Below, in pieces: positions 61,673 to 64,000 of a DNA stretch of 64,000 bases. Source of the stretch: Candidatus Methanophagales archaeon (GTDB lineage: Archaea > Halobacteriota > Syntropharchaeia > Alkanophagales > Methanospirareceae). Positions within the stretch are counted from its first letter, which is position 1; each line of letters begins with the position of its first letter. The position numbers were made by a program, and so were the translations under genes. A model generated the notes under the pieces. The model did not search any database. It was not told the DNA's origin and saw only the letters and a program-made list of their open reading frames with translations. The stretch spans positions 14,893 through 78,892 of the forward strand of contig JAFNKG010000001.1 of NCBI GenBank assembly GCA_017883965.1. Direction: 5' to 3'.

Positions 61673-61747
61673 TGGGCCCGAAGGGATTCGAACCCTTGAC
61701 CGCCCGGTTATGAGCCGGGCGCTCTAACCATGCTAAGCTACGGGCCC
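61673..61747 (-). tRNA. tRNA with CAT anticodon, most likely tRNA-Ile2 (agmatidine type)
   Basis: Minus strand GGGCCCGTAGCTTAGCATGGTTAGAGCGCCCGGCTCATAACCGGGCGGTCAAGGGTTCGAATCCCTTCGGGCCCA; GGGCCC acceptor stem fits archaeal Ile2 better than initiator or elongator Met. Confidence 0.88.
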
Positions 61748-61815
61748 CTTTCTTTTAATTATCATTTGTCCTTTTCCATATAAATTACTTGTTTATTAAT
61801 ATGCCTAGCACATCA

Positions 61816-63669
61816 TTAAAACGTCCATCCGCTTAACCATCTTAAACTCTCCTTATATTCATACGCTACCGGGTAACCCGATATTGCGGGATAGAAGAGT
61901 AAGAAAAGAACTGCTGTCAAAATAAGGAAAGCGATGACAATACACTTAAAGAAAAGACTTCTTCTCTTCGATGACCATTCCTTCTCAAAAGAGAGATTCA
62001 ACCAATAAGTAAGTGCAAATATCATAAACGGCACGTTAGCGACAAAATGATAGATGAACAAGATTCTCGTGATAAGTGCGTAAGAGAGCCATTGTAGTAG
62101 AAAAGGAACGAGAATGAAGAGGTAAACGTAACTATGCCAGTGCTCATGATGCTCCGTTTTCCTTACCTTATCCGCTACAAACTTTGCCGCAATTAAAATC
62201 AAAGCCAGAATGCTTCCCCACCATATCGCTGGATTACCCATCAAAACAATTGTCGAAACTGTTCCGTCTAAACTGTTAAAATACAACCAGAGCGGTTTAA
62301 GCATGAGGTGCCATGACCACCAGGACGAAGAGAAAGGATGCGTCGCTTCAATCCCTGCATGATATACAAACATGCCCAGTTGCAGATCAAAAACGGTTAA
62401 TGGTATGGGCGGAACAATACTCACATTGCCTCCGGACATGTATTCAGATGTGTATCGCAGGTATAGCGGAAACCTGTGAATAGCCAGAAGCCCATGTCCA
62501 CCACCCGAAAACATGTATGGAATATAAGTCGCGATATAAATAGCCGCGGAAACGAATAGCGCCGCTAAAATTATTTTAAAATCGCTAAAAATCGGCTTAC
62601 TATTTCTTAAATTGCTGACTAATAAAAGAATCAAAATTGCTACTAAACCAAAAACAGCGGTCCATTTCACGGTAAAGCAAAGACCGAAGAAAATAATGCT
62701 GATAAAAAGAGAAGTGGACGTTCCTTTTTTTTCTCCGCTCCCCCCTCCTCCCTCTTCTCTTCTGTAGAAGTAATCGAAGGCAAAGTAGAACATCAATAAA
62801 GAAAAAAGAAGGATGTATATTTCTCCTGTCGCCAACCTCGCCAATGAGAAATGCATAAACTCGAAGGTTAAGAGGAAAGCAGCGAAGAAGCCCGCTACTG
62901 AACTCCCAAACATGCGCTTACCAAAAAAAAACATTATCGGTATCATCGCTGTTGCGGCTAAAACGCCTAAGATCCGCCAGCCAAATGGATTCATTCCGAA
63001 GCACAAGATGCCAAGGGCTATTATAAGCTTTCCAAGTGGTGGATGCGTGGTTTCATACGGCTCTTCGAGATTCAAATGCTCTTCCGCGGTTCGCACAAAA
63101 TACATCTCGTCAAAGTAAGCGCCATATTTTTGTGTAATCGGCAGTTTTATCATCTCTTGCTCATCAACTAATCTCGTAGCATTTTCTACGCTTACTTCTA
63201 CGGGCTCTATCTTTTTATTCTCTGCGGAAATCACCAAAATCTCGCCTATTTTACCTTCTGATTCCTCGGCATCGAACACGAACTTGAGAAATCTGGTGCT
63301 TGTATTACCTAAATCTCTTTTATCCCATGAGCAAAAATGCACGTTCTTTGCGGGGTCGTTGTCATAAGATAGAAGTTTATTCCATTCTTCTGGCTGTTGC
63401 TTCGGCTCTCCCACGCCACTGCCATAAAGATCAAACTTCGTTCGTTTCGCATCCGCTAAGAAGATATAAACCTCTTTTACCTGCTGAACGCTACCAAAAT
63501 CAAAAACAACTTGAATCTCTTCTTCTCCCGAAATCCCCGTTCCCGCTTGTGATGGCTGCCATGAGGAAGAAGGCATCGCGACAGAACCCATATTAAGGGA
63601 TGCAAAAAACAGAAAAAGGACTGCAAGTGCGGTTATTGATGCGAGTTCCCAGCGCTTTATTCCTTTCAT
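61816..63669 (-). CDS. Dolichyl-phosphate-mannose:protein mannosyltransferase-like (PMT/GT39) membrane protein
   Basis: YFDEMYF, THPPLGK, FGMNPFGWR, VKWT, HPFSSSWWSW, GNPAIWW, FIYHF, F.LFYP. Confidence 0.85.
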   Translation of the reverse strand: MKGIKRWELASITALAVLFLFFASLNMGSVAMPSSSWQPSQAGTGISGEEEIQVVFDFGSVQQVKEVYIFLADAKRTKFDLYGSGVGEPKQQPEEWNKLLSYDNDPAKNVHFCSWDKRDLGNTSTRFLKFVFDAEESEGKIGEILVISAENKKIEPVEVSVENATRLVDEQEMIKLPITQKYGAYFDEMYFVRTAEEHLNLEEPYETTHPPLGKLIIALGILCFGMNPFGWRILGVLAATAMIPIMFFFGKRMFGSSVAGFFAAFLLTFEFMHFSLARLATGEIYILLFSLLMFYFAFDYFYRREEGGGGSGEKKGTSTSLFISIIFFGLCFTVKWTAVFGLVAILILLLVSNLRNSKPIFSDFKIILAALFVSAAIYIATYIPYMFSGGGHGLLAIHRFPLYLRYTSEYMSGGNVSIVPPIPLTVFDLQLGMFVYHAGIEATHPFSSSWWSWHLMLKPLWLYFNSLDGTVSTIVLMGNPAIWWGSILALILIAAKFVADKVRKTEHHEHWHSYVYLFILVPFLLQWLSYALITRILFIYHFVANVPFMIFALTYWLNLSFEKEWSSKRRSLFFKCIVIAFLILTAVLFLLFYPAISGYPVAYEYKESLRWLSGWTF

Positions 63670-63751
63670 CTATGCAGAACAAAAAGATACTTTTATATAT
63701 AATATGAAACTATTTACGAATCAAATATGCATCTGCACGAGCTATAAAACA

Positions 63752-64000
63752 ATGAAAATAGCTTTTTACTATCGAAACGTAACTGGTGGTATAAAAACAC
63801 ATGTTGAAGCGCTTTCGCATGAATTCGAGAGATTAGGGCATGAAGTAAGGAGAATAGACCAGTTTGCGCTTGGCTCTTACATGCTTGGCAATTCCTCAGG
63901 CGGTATTTCTTATGGTTTTGACTTCTCGCTAAGAAAGATAAAAAAGGAGGTGGAAGACTGTGATATTCTCCATATACATCATGCAGCTACGTTTTCAGAA
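63752..64000 (+). CDS. GT4-like glycosyltransferase, N-terminal part (3'-truncated by window edge)
   Basis: MKIAFYY..TGGIKTHVEALSHEFERLGHEV..DILHIH; open to end of window. Confidence 0.75.
   Translation, partial: MKIAFYYRNVTGGIKTHVEALSHEFERLGHEVRRIDQFALGSYMLGNSSGGISYGFDFSLRKIKKEVEDCDILHIHHAATFSE

Overview
Archaeal chromosomal segment. TBP, TFB, eL21/eL32, CofG, three HdrA paralogues, MvhD, ACDS alpha/epsilon, an FrhB-like protein, CxxxY-type Ccm genes and MpgS/MpgP point to a methanogen-related F420-using anaerobe; ANME-1/Methanophagales-like is my inference, not a search result. It holds about 65 CDS, two tRNAs (Val-GAC and a CAT tRNA that looks like Ile2), no CRISPR array, no intact transposase and no prophage. 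Main items for follow-up: (1) a four-helix-bundle (23S rRNA IVP/Avd-like) gene bracketed by inverted 8-mer arrays, plus several gene-less, sometimes nested, inverted 7/9-mer arrays, mostly between convergent 3' ends; (2) an osmolyte island (mpgS-mpgP, ectABC, EutA-like, nitrilase, methyltransferase, Lrp, AsnB-like) bracketed by duplicated GH38 genes and containing a duplicated 81-bp promoter; (3) a cdhA-[HdrC/FrhB fusion]-hdrA'-hdrA/mvhD-cdhB cluster; (4) two copies of a DUF5678-like + retropepsin-like protease module inserted into gene clusters; (5) scattered ribosomal protein genes. All product calls come from motif recognition in the translated ORFs; no database searches were run.
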